Origin: an uncultured delta proteobacterium
Lineage (GTDB): Bacteria; Desulfobacterota; Binatia; HRBIN30; BPIQ01
Direction: 5' to 3'
Assembly (NCBI GenBank): GCA_963761335.1
Contig: CAVXGR010000018.1
Coordinates: forward strand, 1,056,001 to 1,120,000
Length of the DNA: 64,000 nt
Numbering within the stretch: position 1 is the stretch's first letter; the number at the start of each line of letters is the position of its first letter. Shown piece by piece: positions 18,908 to 31,344 of this stretch. The translations under genes and the position numbers were made by a program. The notes under the pieces are model-generated. The model did not search any database. It saw nothing but the letters and a program-made list of their open reading frames with translations, and was not told the DNA's origin.

Positions 18908-21758
18908 TCAGGCCTTCTCCACCTCGACGCGGGTGTCGCGGTCGACCTGGTTCGGTTCCCAGTGGGCGTAGGCCCAGTGCAGGTGCCCGTAGTCGCCGAC
19001 CAGGTTGGTGGGCTTGAAGGGGCTGGGAATGATGCCGTGGTCGCTGATGCCGCCCGGAACTGGTACGGCTCCCAGGCGTGGTAGACGAATACCTCGCCGG
19101 GCTGCACGTAGCGGGCGATCTTGGCGTGCAGGACGAAGGCGCCGAGATCGTTGCGCACGCGCACCAGATCGTTATCGCCGATGCCGCGATCGGCGGCGTC
19201 GCGGTCGTTCAGGTAGACCACCGGCTCGCCGCGCTGGAGGCGCAGCAGCGGACCCTGGTCGCGCCACTGCGAATGGATGCTCCAGCGCGTGTGTCCGCCG
19301 CTGAGGACGAGCGGGTAGTCGCCGCCGGCACGCGGCGGCGGCTTGTGCACCGGGAGGGCCTCGCCACATTCCAGGAACCACGGATGGTCGATGTAGAACT
19401 GCTGGCGGCCGGTGAGCGTCGGCCAGCGCTGCTTCTTCTCGACGAACCAGCGATGCGGCACCAGCGGCTCGCTCTCGGAGTAGTCGCTGAAGAAGCCCGC
19501 CGTGCCGCCGGCAGGTCCGGTGCCGCGGAAGCGAACCGCGCCCTCGCCGCGCATGTCTTCCAGGGAGACCTTCTTCTGACGAGGAGTAGCCGAGGATGAA
19601 CTCCAGCGCCTTCTCCTCGTCGCCCGGCCCGAAGCGGCCGCTGTCGGTGAAGGCCTGATCCAGCTGCTGCGCGTCGCGCTCCCGCGCGGCGATGTCCTTG
19701 TACGGTGCCAGCTGGCGCTTGCGCGCCTCGCGCGCCACCGCCTCGGAGAGCAGGGCGAAGATCTCCCATTCCGGCTTGGCCTCGCCGCGGGGCGCGACGG
19801 CGCGGTCGCCGAGATGCACGTAGGGAACGAAGGAGACGAGATACTTGAGGTCCGTCTTCTCGTACCAGAAGGCCGCCGGCAGAATGATGTCGGCCTAGCG
19901 GCCGGTCTCGTTCATGCGGAAGTTGACGTCGACGGCGAGCTTCACCTTCGGCCACAGCGTCTCGAGCAGTCGCGTGTTGTTGCGCGAGTGGCGCAGGACG
20001 TTGCCGAAGATCGAGAGGATGACCTGCGGGGATGCCCCGGCTGCGGGAACACCGGGAACCACTTCTTCTCGATCGCCTCCCTCAGGTAGTCCTTGGTGGG
20101 ACGCGGCGCGGAGGTGTCGCCGTTGCGCGGATCGCCGGAGACGTCGTCGAGGCCCGTGCACCTGATGCCAGATCGAGCCGGGAACGAAGTACGCGGCGAA
20201 GAACTTCTCGGTGCCCTCCGGGTCCATGTAGGACTTGGCGGCGAAGGTCGCCAGATTCATCAGGCCGAGCTGCTCCTGCATGCCGAGGATGGCGAAGCCC
20301 TCGGGCGCGAAGAAGCCGCCGGAGCGCCAGCCGCCGCCGGCGCGGCCGAGGTTGCCGGTGAGCGAGGCGAGGAGGATCTGCGCCCGCTGCGCCAGGTCGG
20401 CGTGGAGGAACTTGCACTGGCCCCACGAGAGAGGATCAGCGCCGCCAGGCGCCTTGGCGAGGCCGCGGGCGAAGCGGCGGATGGTGTCGGCGCTGACGCC
20501 GGTGATCGCGGCACCTGCTCGGGCTGGTAGTCCGCGTCGAGGTGCTCGCGCAGCAGGGAGAAGACCGTGCGCACCGGCACCGGCTTGTTGCCGATGGAGA
20601 GCGTTCCGTTGAAGTCGAGGTCCGCCGTCACCGCGGCGCTGTCGAGCCGCTCAGGCCGCCGCTGCCGGGCGCCGGAACCGCCGTCTTGCGCTGCCCGTCC
20701 CAGACGAAGAAGGCCGTGTCGGAGCCGCCGCCGCAGGTCGGACTCGCGCACGAAGCGGTGGGTGTCGGTGCGCACCAGCAGCGGCAGGTCGGTCTGCTCG
20801 GCGACGTAGGCGGCATCGTAGAGGGTCTCGGCGACGATCACCTGCGCCGCGCCGAGCGCCAGCGCCGCGTCGGTGCCCGGGCGCGGGTTGATCCAGAGAT
20901 CGGCGTGGATGGCGCTGTTGTTCAGGTCCGGGCAGATGGCCACCACCTCGGCGCCGCGATAGCGCGCCTCGTAGATGAAGTGGGCGTCGGGGATGCGCGT
21001 CGCCGACGGGTTGAAGGCCCAGAGCACGAGGTACGACGAGCGCCACCAGTCGTCGGAAGAGCCGCACGGATGGCCGTTGCCGAGCGTGATGGTGGCGCCG
21101 ACGGAGAGGTCGCCGATCTGCGCCATCGAATCGGTGGCGGGCGAGCCGAGCAGGCGGAAGAAGCGGATCGGCGCGGCGCTGTTCGGGCCGGCGCCGATGT
21201 TGGGGCCGAGCTCGCAGAGGACGCTGCCGGCCCCTCCTTCTCGAGGGCGTCGACGATGCCGCGCGCGATCGCCGAGAGCGCCTCGTCCCAGGAGATGCGC
21301 TCCCACCTTCCCTCGCCGCGCTCGCCGACGCGCTGCAGCGGGTAGAGGACGCGCGACGGCGAGTACATCAGGCTCGAGCCGCAGGCGCCCTTCTGGCAGC
21401 CGCGCGGGTTGAAGTCGGGCAGCCCGGGCGCCGAGGCGGCGTAGGGCGACTTCTGCTCCTCGCGCCACACCATGTCGTCCTTGACGTAGAGATCCCAGGC
21501 GCAGCCCGAGACGCAGTTGGTCATCGTGTGCGTGCCGCGCGCGACGCGATCCCAGGTCCACTTCTGGCGGTAGACGTCTTCCCAGCCGCGATAATCGGGA
21601 AGGGCGGCGGCAAGGCCCGGTGTCGCCGTCAGAGACGGTTGCGTGTCGGCGGCGGCGCGCGCCAGCTGCAGACGCGAGAGGCTCAGCCCCGCCGCCGCCA
21701 TGCCGGTGACCCGTAGGAACTGCCGGCGCGTGAAGCCGCTGCCGAGAGGCCCGTCCAT
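18908..21758 (-). CDS. Type II molybdoenzyme alpha subunit 2 (multiple frameshifts and one in-frame TAG)
   Basis: Tat TRRQFL; HTMTNCVSGC...PRGCQKG; QIGDLSVG; GGHTRWSIH; YHAWE; pieces spread over ORFs 20922-21995, 20260-21561, 19895-20281, 19172-19819 and 16288-19554. Confidence 0.9.
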
Positions 21759-21768
21759 CGTGGGCCAG

Positions 21769-21784
21769 CCTACCGTGCGGTCGG
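21769..21784. promoter_or_regulatory. Putative TetR operator upstream of alpha-2
   Basis: CCTACCGTGCGGTCGG, 10 nt upstream of the ATG; same palindrome at four other starts in the island. Confidence 0.75.
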
Positions 21785-21827
21785 TCGGGCCGGTATGAGG
21801 TTTGTCAGTCGGGGGCATGATGTAGTC

Positions 21828-22120
21828 GGGGACAGGCAATTTTTGCCGCTGGAAGGCTTGGGACTTGATGGCGCTGGAAGGTGTGCTTGGGAAATCCTCG
21901 ATCGGCAGCTTCGTGTGAAAAAGTCGCGTGTCCCTCTGCCGTCGCGGTCGGATGGGGACGGGATAACACCTTTTCGGCGAGCGATGCGGGCGCATTCATT
22001 GGCGACTCCCTGGCGCCGAAAAGGAGCCAGTCCTCGCGGTCGGATGGGCACAGGCACCTTTTCGGCGAGCGATGCGGGCGCATTCATTGCGACTCCCTGG
22101 CGCCAAAGGAGCCAGTCCCC
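21828..22120. repeat. Array of three REP-like hairpins (GGGGACAGGCACCTTTTCGGCG...CGCCGAAAAGGAGCCAGTCCCC family)
   Basis: Two near-identical ~92-bp units (from 21942 and 22034) plus a degenerate one at 21828-21934; family also seen at 42470-42540 and 56148-56216. Confidence 0.85.
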
Positions 22121-24312
22121 TCAGTAGTCGAACTGGGTCCAGTCGGTCTTGTCCTCTTTCTTCTTCTCCGCCTCCTGCGCTTCCTGCTGCGCCTTCAGCG
22201 TCTCCTCCGGCGGCTCGGTCATGCCCATCAGGTAGGTGGTGATGTCGTCGATGTCCTTCTTCGGGTTCTCGACCTTGGGGACGCCCTCGACGGTGTAGAA
22301 GACCGTGGGCATGCGCGTCTCGATTCCGGCGATCTGTTTGGGCGGCGAGGAAGTCGCGGATCCACTCGGTCGCAGGCGCTGCTTGGCGAGCATCAGGTTG
22401 ATCGAGAGGTCGTCCGGGTCGACTCCTTCCGGCAGGCCCTGGTCGATCGAGGTCGGGTGACATTGCATGCACTTGTAATGGCGGAAGCGCTTGATGCCGC
22501 GCTGAAAGTGGTCCTGTGCGATGTTCTCCTTGGCGACGTAGGTGTAGGGATTGGTCACCTCGGCCACGGCGGCGAAACCGGCGACCAGATCGCGCGCCTG
22601 CGCCTCGGTGAAGCCGAAGGTGGGCATGCGCATCTTCAGCCAGGGGCGGACCTGCTTGGGCTCGAGGAGGAACTGGTACATGTACTGGCCCTGCAGGCGG
22701 GCGCCGACGCCCTCGAGCATGGGCGGCCCGTTCTTGCGCTCGAGGAACTGGCGATTCGCGGCTCCTTGCCGTTGATGCGGTGGCAGCCGTTGCAGTTCAG
22801 GTGCGCCTGTCCAGCTCGCCTCGCGGTGCGCTTCGCTGGCGCGCGTTGCCCGCACCGTGTAGTTCGCCGGCAGGCGGCGTTCGAAGGCAGAGAACGTACG
22901 TGATCAGCGCGTCGGACTCGTCGTCGGTCAGATGGAATAGCGGCATCAACAGCTTGATCTTGTCGGTGTCGTACGCGCGCGGATCCTTCAGCTTGCGGCG
23001 CAGCCAGTCCCACTTCGTGCGCGGGATGTCGGTGATCGTGGCGAAGTCGAGCTCGTCGACGGGGCGGCGGGCGAACTCGCGCAGGTCGGGGACCGAGGGG
23101 CGCACCTTCTCGAAGCCGTCGATGGCGTGGCAGCCGTAGCACTCGTAGTGCTTGACCAGCTGCCTGCCGTCGGCGGCGTTGAAACTGGAGAGGTCCGGCG
23201 CCTTCGGCAACGGCTCGGCGCGCTTCAGCGTCATCAGGTAGGCGACGATGTCGTGGCGCTCCTCGTCGGTGAGCTCCAGCTTCGGCATGCCGGCGTCGGG
23301 GTTGTACGCCTTGGGATCGGCGATCCAGCGATCGAGCCAGGCGGCGGTGACCTTCGATCCGATGCCGGCGAGGTGGGGGACGCGCGGCGAGACGCTGTGC
23401 TCGTCGGCCTTCATGGCATGGCAGCCGCGGCAGCCGCGCTCGGTGAAGAGCCGCTCGCCGTCCTGCGCCGAGGCGCCGTCGAGCGATACCGGGGCGTTGG
23501 CCCCCTCGGGCAAGGTCAGCAGAAAGGCGGTGATCTTGCCGACTCCTCGTCGTCCGAGCTTGAAGTTCGGCATGGCCGTGTCGGGGCTGATCGCCGCGGG
23601 GTCTTTGATCCAGTCGTAGAGAAGTCCGCAGGTCGCAGCTTCGCTTGCAGCGGCGTCAGCGGCGGGGCGAACTTGGGAAGGTAGTGGATGCCTTTACGTC
23701 GTGGCAGCCGTAGCAGCCCTTCTCCATGAAGAGGTCGGCGCCGCGCGTGGCGACGCTCGGCGCCCTCCAGGCCGTGCGTCACCTCGTGACAGCGGGCGCA
23801 GGTGGTCTGCACGTAGCGCCGTCGGCAGCAGCGGCAGAGCCAGTTGGCCTCCGTGCCCGTGGGCGCCCTCGACCGTGGTGGCCACGCCCTGGCCGTCGTG
23901 ACACGGCGTGCAGCCGAAGCGGGTTGACGTCGTGGTGCTTCAGCATCTTGCCCGGATGGGTGCGAAGGGCTGCGGCGCGTCCTCGAACAGAGGGTTGTCG
24001 ATGCCGCGGTGGCAGGTGGTGCAGCGGTCGGCGACCTTGAGGTCCTCGAGATAGATCTGCGCGATCTCCGGCTTCGCACTCGCGAGACCTCGTCGATCAC
24101 GCGCTGCCAGCGCGCTGTCTCGTTGGTATCGTTCTTCGCCGTCGCTTCCTTGAGCTTGGCAGTGGCGCGCTGCGTAGAGCTGGACGAAGTCCTTCTGATA
24201 GTGCATCCACGGCCGCGTGTCCTCGCTGCGGATGGCCACCACGCACAGCAGCAGGAACACCGGGCTGAGGATGCGCCAAGCGCAGGCGCATCCCAGGGGT
24301 GCCGCGCATCAT
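22121..24312 (-). CDS. Membrane-anchored multiheme (8 CxxCH) cytochrome c, frameshifted
   Basis: CTTCH, CTPCH, CARCH, CYGCH, CRGCH, CYGCH, CNGCH and CMQCH across frames; N-terminal hydrophobic anchor; repeated MP motifs. Confidence 0.85.
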
Positions 24313-24487
24313 CGCATCACCTCCCGTTGGTCACCTGCACTTGCCGGCGATGCGCGCTGCCTCCCTTGCCGTCTTCCAAGGAGAGAGGGCAGGGAAGAGG
24401 TTCCTCTCCCTCCGGGCTCAGCGGTGAGGGGGCAACATGCGGCTAGGTCGAAACGCGTGCCTCTGCATCTTATTGCGTCGCATGGCA

Positions 24488-25254
24488 CTACAGATTGAAC
24501 CATGGCGTCACCAGCACGTACTTCACCCCGAGCAGCAGGCGCAGGAAGATCTTGATCGGCACGCCGTACATCAGCAGCGTGAGGGTCAGCACCGCGCGTA
24601 GCGCCGAGCGGCCGAGACCTTCGTAGAGCCAGGGCCAGCGCCGCGCGCGGCAGCAGCAGGCCGGCGCCGAAGTAGATGGCGAGCACCGGCAGGCCGACCC
24701 ACCACGGGAAGCTCCACAGGCTCTCCTCGGCGCTCTTCTGCACCGCCCAGCTCTCCCACGGCCAGTAGATCTGCCAGTTCGGGCCGCGCAGGAACTGGCC
24801 GATGGCGATCAGCACCCACCACAGCGCGAAGCCGAACAGGAAGTGGCCGAGAGCCAGCCGGCGCTCGCCAAGGTGTAGCGCCCGTCGCGTTGCGGCTGGT
24901 GTCGAGATACGGGATCGCCATCAGTCCGACGATGATCAGCGTCGGGAATCGCCACGCCGGCGATCCAGGGATCGAAGTAGACCAGCAGCTCCTGCAGGCC
25001 GACGAAGTACCACGGCGCCTTGGCCGGGTTCTCCGTCTTTCCCGGGTTGGCCTCCGACAGCAGCGGCGCGTTGACGGCCAGCGACCAGGCCAGCAGCACG
25101 ATGGAGACCAGCAGCGCGGCGAGGAACTCCTTGAAGACGAGATAGGGAAACACCGCGGCGTCGTTTCCGTGCGATCGCCCCGAGTGGGACCGCGCCGAGC
25201 TGCGATCGACCTCTCGCGCTCCGGCGGATGCGCTTCCATGCGTCGACTCGACAT
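24488..25254 (-). CDS. Cytochrome b subunit IV (PetD/QcrC-like), frameshifted
   Basis: FPYLVFKEF...[40 protein letters not shown]; ends VTPWFNL. Confidence 0.85.
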
Positions 25255-25261
25255 CTCGCTC

Positions 25262-26040
<779 letters not shown>

Positions 26041-26060
<20 letters not shown>

Positions 26061-26385
26061 GCTCGCCTCCCACTCGGGGGTGGCACCATCACGATGGCGT
26101 CCCACGGGCAACCGTCGAGAAGGGTGTCCTCGGGGCCCCGCCGCACACACTTCCGGCAGCCGACGCACTTCAGCGGATCGACCCAGATGCCCCGAAGGGA
26201 AAGGCGTCGTCGGCCGCCTGCAGCATCATGCAGTCGTCGACCGGGCAGTAGATCTGACACACCGGCGCACCGGCGCAGCCGCTGCAGGCGTCGGTGATGA
26301 CCGCCAGCAGCTTCGGCTTACCTTGCGGCGGCCGATGAAACGGCCGTCGGCCTTCCGCTGGCGCGCCGCGGTTCGGCCTGGACGC
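26041..26385 (-). CDS. Small 2x[4Fe-4S]-type ferredoxin, frameshifted, start uncertain
   Basis: DACSGCAGAPVCQIYCPVDDC and KCVGCRKC...DGCPWDAI. Confidence 0.75.
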
Positions 26386-26386
26386 C

Positions 26387-26929
26387 TAGAGCTGACGAAC
26401 GCACCGTCGACGTTGTAGCGTTCCGGGCCATAGACGATGCTGGTGTCGACGATCAGCTGGCCATCGACGCTGAGCCCGATGCGGAAGCGGTCGAGCGGCC
26501 GTGGCGCCGGACCGGCGAAGTTGGTGCCGTTGCTGTGATACTCGCTGCCGTGACAAGGGCACTTGAAGATGTCGAGGTCGGCGAACCAGTTGATGGTGCA
26601 GCCGAGGTGGGCGCAGCGCGCCGACAGAGCGTAGATGCGCTCACGCTCGCGGACGACGAAGAAACGATGCGCCGACTTCCAGCGTCCGTCGACGAGGATG
26701 ACGCCATAGGGGTCCGGCGTCGCCGCCGGCTGAGAAAGCGTTCCGGCGGGCCGATGCGGAACGTGCTCGGCGGGTGGAAGAGGACGCGAGGAAAGAAGAA
26801 GATGACGGTCTCATGGTCCCCGTGCCGAGCACGACCGCGAAGGCACCCCAACCGGCCGCCCCCAGCCCGCGCGACAGAAACTCGCGCCGCGACAACTCTC
26901 TAGTAGCTCGGGGAGGCTCGAATATCCAT
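26387..26929 (-). CDS. Rieske [2Fe-2S] subunit of a Rieske/cytochrome b complex, frameshifted
   Basis: Tat SRREFL; CAHLGC and FKCPCHGSEY boxes; GPAPRPL. Confidence 0.88.
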
Positions 26930-26953
26930 GTCTAACGCGTCTCGGTCTCCCTA

Positions 26954-26969
26954 CCTAACGTTCGGTAGG
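26954..26969. promoter_or_regulatory. Putative TetR operator upstream of the Rieske gene
   Basis: CCTAACGTTCGGTAGG. Confidence 0.7.
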
Positions 26970-27024
26970 GAGCCGGAACATGACGAAGCTCAGGGATGGC
27001 GTTGACGAATGGCACATCCCGAAT

Positions 27025-27093
27025 CCGTGCCCGCGCCCGTGCCCGTCCTCTTGGCCGGTCCAACGACGGGCACGGGCACGGGCGCGGGCACGG
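27025..27093. repeat. GC-rich hairpin of (GTGCCC)n/(GGGCAC)n hexamers after alpha-3; possible terminator or REP
   Basis: CCGTGCCCGCGCCCGTGCCCGT...ACGGGCACGGGCACGGGCGCGGGCACGG. Confidence 0.7.
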
Positions 27094-27136
27094 TTTGAGA
27101 CAGCCTCGAAACTCGGGACTACGTGCGCGGGCTCGC

Positions 27137-30017
27137 TCAGGCGCGCTGGACCTCCACCGTCGTTCCCCGGGGGCCGTGGCTGGGGGCGTAGGAGAACATC
27201 CGGTAGTGGAGATGGCCGTAGCCGCCACGAGACGTGCTGCGGCTTCCACGGCGACGGCACCGCCTCCTGGCTCTGGATCCAGTCCTTGAACTGGTACGTT
27301 CTCCCAGGCGTGGTAGATGACCACCTGGCCGGGTTGCAGTGCCGGAGGGGAGGGTTTCACGTGGATGTGGAACGAGCCGACGTCGTTGTAGACGCGAACG
27401 TAGTCGTATTGGTCCTTGATGTCCCGTTTCTCGGCGTCGTCCATGTTCATGTACATCACGGGTTGACCGCGTTGCAGCCGTAGCATGTTGGCGCTGATCG
27501 CGCCAGATGGCGTGGATCGACCAGCGCGTGTGGCCGCCGGTGAGCCGCAGCGGATAGTTGACCGCCCGCCGTCGGCGGCTCCTTGTGCACCGGCAGCGCC
27601 TCCCCGGTTTCGATGTACCACTCCTGGTCGAGGCAGGAACTGCTGCCGGCCGGTGAGCGTCGGCCACGGCTCCTTCTTTTCCACGAACCACTGCTGCGGG
27701 TAGACCGTGTTGCCGGGCTCGAAGTCGCTGCAGATGGCGTTGTGCGGCCCGTAGTGGCCGATCGCCTGGATCGGCAGCGCACCCCTTGGTCTTCGCGTCC
27801 TGCCAGGTGAACCCCTTGGTGACCGCGGAGGTCTTGGATCATGTGGTCCATGGCTGCCTTCTTCGTTGCCGACTTCCATAGAGGGGACCGTCCATCCGAT
27901 ACTTCTCGAACAAGTTGGCGTAGTCGCGCTCGATGCCGTAGTGGTCCTTGAACGGCTGGACGTTCCGCGGGGCGCGCGCTCTTTCCTGAACCTTGCGCGC
28001 GAGGCATGGCGAAGACGGTGAACTCGGATTTCGACTCCTCCATCGGTTTTACCGCCTGGTCGGCGAAGATGACGTAGGGCACCAGGCTCTGCGGATACTT
28101 GAGGCCGATCTTCTCGTAGTACGCGGCGGCCGGGAGCAGGACGTCGGACTGGAGTCCGGTGGAGCACATGCGGAAGTTCAGGTTGACGATCAGGTCGAGC
28201 TTGGGCCACAGGTGCTTGAGTGCCAACTGCGGCACGGGCCAGCGCCGCAGCGGGTTGGGGCCGGTGTAGAAGTAGACCTTGGGGGGCCGCTCCTTCGGCG
28301 GCGACACCCGCAGCCACTTCTTCTCCGTCCGCCTCCTTGATGAACTCGGCGACACCCCGCGGTAAGGCCGGGTCGTTGAAGTCCTTGCGGTCGCAGACCT
28401 CGTTCATGCCCCCGTGGACGTAGAGGAACGGCAGCAGGGGCGTGAACGGCCGCTCCCGCTGTGGGTGGTCATGAACTCTCGAAGTCGCGCGGCTTGGGCG
28501 ACATGAACTTGAGCAGCATCCGCTGGTAGAAGGGGACCTCGACCTCGCTCGAGATCTCGTTCATGGCGTCGATGCTGTACCAGCCCCCCGGCCGGATGCC
28601 GCCGCCGCGCTTGCCCTGGTTGCCGGTGAGCGCCATCAGCATGCACATCGTTCGCTGCGCCAGATCGGAGTGGTAGTGCTTGCACGAGCCCCAGGACGCG
28701 AAGATCATGCCCGTCTTGGCCTTGGCCAGGCCGCGCGCGACGCCGCGGATGACGTCGGCGTTGACGCCGGTGATCTGCGCCGCCTTCTCCGGTGTGTACT
28801 GCTGCAGGTGGTCGGCGAGGACGTCGAGGAGCGGTCGCACCGAGACCTTCTTGCCGCCGGCGAGGGTGACGGAGAAGCGGCCCGTGCAACGCCGGCTTGA
28901 TGGCGTTGAGATGGATGTCCTGGGTGCCGTGTCCCTGACTCCCGGGGGTCTCGGCGATCTGCTTGGTCGCCTCGTCCCAGAAGTAGAAGACGTCGTCCTT
29001 GCCACCGCTCTCCACGTCGCTTTGGCGCAGGTACTTGCTGGTGTCGTCGCGGACGAGAAACGGCAGATCGGTCTGCTCGCGGACGTAGTCCGCCTTGAAC
29101 AGGTTCTCGCTGATGATGACCTGCGCCATCGCCAGGCCCAGCGCCGCGTCGGTGCCCATGCGCGGGTTGAGCCACTCGTCGGCGTGGATGGAGGTCGCGT
29201 TGTAATCCGGGGCGATGGAGACGATCTTGGTGCCGCGGTAGCGCGCCTCCCACAGGAAGTGGGCGTCGGGGATGCGCGTGTAGACCGGGTTGGCGATCCA
29301 GATCAGGATGTAGTCGGCGTTGAACCAGTCGTCGGAGGTGCCGTCGGCGTTGAAGTTGCCCCAGGTCTGAATGCAACCCATCGGCAGGTCGCCGACGCCC
29401 GCCCACGAATCCATCACCGTCGCGCCGATCATGCCGAAGAAGCGCATCTCCGCAGCCGAGCCGGTGCCGAAATCGATGTTGGTGGTGCCGTGGTCGTAGA
29501 CGATGCAGTCGGGGCCGTCCTTCAGCGCCACGTCCAAAAGGGTATCGGCCACCTGGGTCAGCGCTTGATCCCAGCTCTGGCGCTCCCATGAGCCGGAGCC
29601 GCGCTCGCCTTTGCGGCGCAGCGGATACTTCAAGCGCGACGGCTCGTACATGAGCTGGCTGTAGCAGCCGCCTTTCTGGCAGCCGCGCGGGTTCATGTCC
29701 GGCACGTTCGGCGCGCTCGGCTTGTAGATCGTGTTCTGCTCCTCGCGCCAGGCGATGCCGTCCTTGACGTAGATGTTCCAGGAGCAGGCGGCGATGCAGT
29801 TGGTGCGAATGTGGGTGCTCTTTACGACGCTGTCCCACGTCCACTTGCCGCGGTAGACGTCCTCCCAGCGGCGGTAGTCGGGTAGACCGGGCAAGGAGCC
29901 GGCCACCGGCGGCGGACCCGGGCTCGTTCGCGCCAAACGCGAGGTCGAGGTTCCCCAGGGTCAACGTGGCGACGGCGGCTCCGGACCGCGAAGAAAGGCT
30001 CTGCGAGATAGCTCCAT
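27137..30017 (-). CDS. Type II molybdoenzyme alpha subunit 3, frameshifted
   Basis: MELSRRAFL Tat; HIRTNCIAAC...PRGCQKG; GVGDLPMG; CKHYH; GGHTRWSIH. Confidence 0.9.
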
Positions 30018-30026
30018 CGCCGCCTG

Positions 30027-30043
30027 CCTACCGTCGCGGTCGG
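30027..30043. promoter_or_regulatory. Putative TetR operator upstream of alpha-3
   Basis: CCTACCGTCGCGGTCGG: identical to the alpha-2 site except for one extra base (possibly an indel error). Confidence 0.65.
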
Positions 30044-30263
30044 TCGTGTCGGCATGACCGGCAATGCGTCACTGCCGAATGCGGACGCAGGGAGCTCGGG
30101 TTCACGGGTTCCGGTAGGCAGATGACAGAGGCTCATTTCCAGGCCACCCGTACCCGGATGACGCGGCACAGCCTCCTTGCAACTGATTGCCGCTGAGATC
30201 ATTGGCGACTCGGAGCGACTGATCTTTGTCACATCGGTCATGACACCCTGACCCTACCGGCCT

Positions 30264-30279
30264 CCGACCGAACGGTAGG
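30264..30279. promoter_or_regulatory. Putative TetR operator upstream of beta-1
   Basis: CCGACCGAACGGTAGG, with an extra half-site CCTACCG at 30253. Confidence 0.75.
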
Positions 30280-30305
30280 AAGGGCGGCATCGAGGAGGAA
30301 CAACG

Positions 30306-31323
30306 ATGGGCAAACAGATGGCGATGGTCTTCGACCTGAACAAGTGCATCGGCTGCCAGACGTGCTCGGTCGCCTGCAAGGTCCTGTGGACCAACGAAGA
30401 GGGCAAGCGCGACATGTGGTGGTGCTCGGTGAACACGCAGCCGGGCCGCGGCACGCCGCGGGACTACGAGAAGATGGGCGGCGGCTACGACGCCAGCGGC
30501 AAGCTCGTGCTGGGCGAGCTGCCGAGCCCCGAGGAGTTCGGCGGCGCCTCCGAGTTCAACTGGGAGGACGTCCACAACTCGGGCAACGGCGGCGGCGCGG
30601 TGCACCTGCAGCCGACGCGCGGCGAGCCGACCTGGGCGATGAACTGGGACGAGGACGAGGGCGCCGGCGAGTATCCGAACGCCTACTACTTCTACATGCC
30701 GCGCGTCTGTAACTTCTGCTCCAAGCCGAGCTGCGTCGAGGCCTGTCCCAACGGCGCCATGTACAAGCGCGAGGACTTCGGCGTCGTCCTGCGCGACGCC
30801 GGCCCGCTGCAAGGGGACGCAGCAGTGCGCCCAGGCGTGTCCGTACAAGAAGATCTATTTCGATGCGGTGCGCCAACACCAGCCAGCACTGCATCGGCTG
30901 CTTCCCGCGCCTCGAGCACGGCGTCGCCCCCGCCTGCGTGCGGCAGTGCCCGGGCCGGGCGGTGTTCGTCGGCTACCGCGACGACGCGAAGGGCGCGATC
31001 CACACCCTGGTCGAGCGCTACAAGGTCGCGCTGCCCTTGCATCCCGAGTGGAACACCGAGCCCAACGTCTTCTACGTCCCGCCGCTGTCCGCCTTCGTCG
31101 TGCGCCCCGACGGCTCGATCGACGAGTCGCAGCGGCGCATCCCGCTGTCGTACCTGGAGTCGCTCTTCGGGCCGGCGCCGGCGCGGCCCTGCGCACGATC
31201 GAGGAGGAGATGGCCAAGCGCCAGCGCGGCCAGCCGTCGGAGCTGATGGACACGTTGATCGCGTACCAGTGGAACGAGGTGCTCGGCCCGTTCGACCGCG
31301 ACCCCGCCACCATCCACTGGTAG
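30306..31323 (+). CDS. Type II molybdoenzyme Fe-S beta subunit 1 (EbdB/NarH-like), frameshifted
   Basis: MVFDLNKCIGCQTCSVACK, NWDED, PRVCNFCSKPSCVEACP, CIGCFPR, CVRQCPGR, LPLHPEWNTEPNVFYVPP. Confidence 0.92.
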
Positions 31324-31344
31324 CCCGCGCGAGAAGGAGCTGTC

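Noticed and set aside
19895..19897. In-frame TAG in alpha-2 (ETGR*ADIILP) as pyrrolysine or read-through
   Set aside because: It is one base from TAC/TGG, lies in the error-rich zone, and no pyl genes are visible
30164..30181. Sigma54-like CGGCAC...TTGCA in the divergent alpha-3/beta-1 promoter region
   Set aside because: GG-GC spacing is 12 nt rather than 10; cannot be supported unless polishing removes two bases
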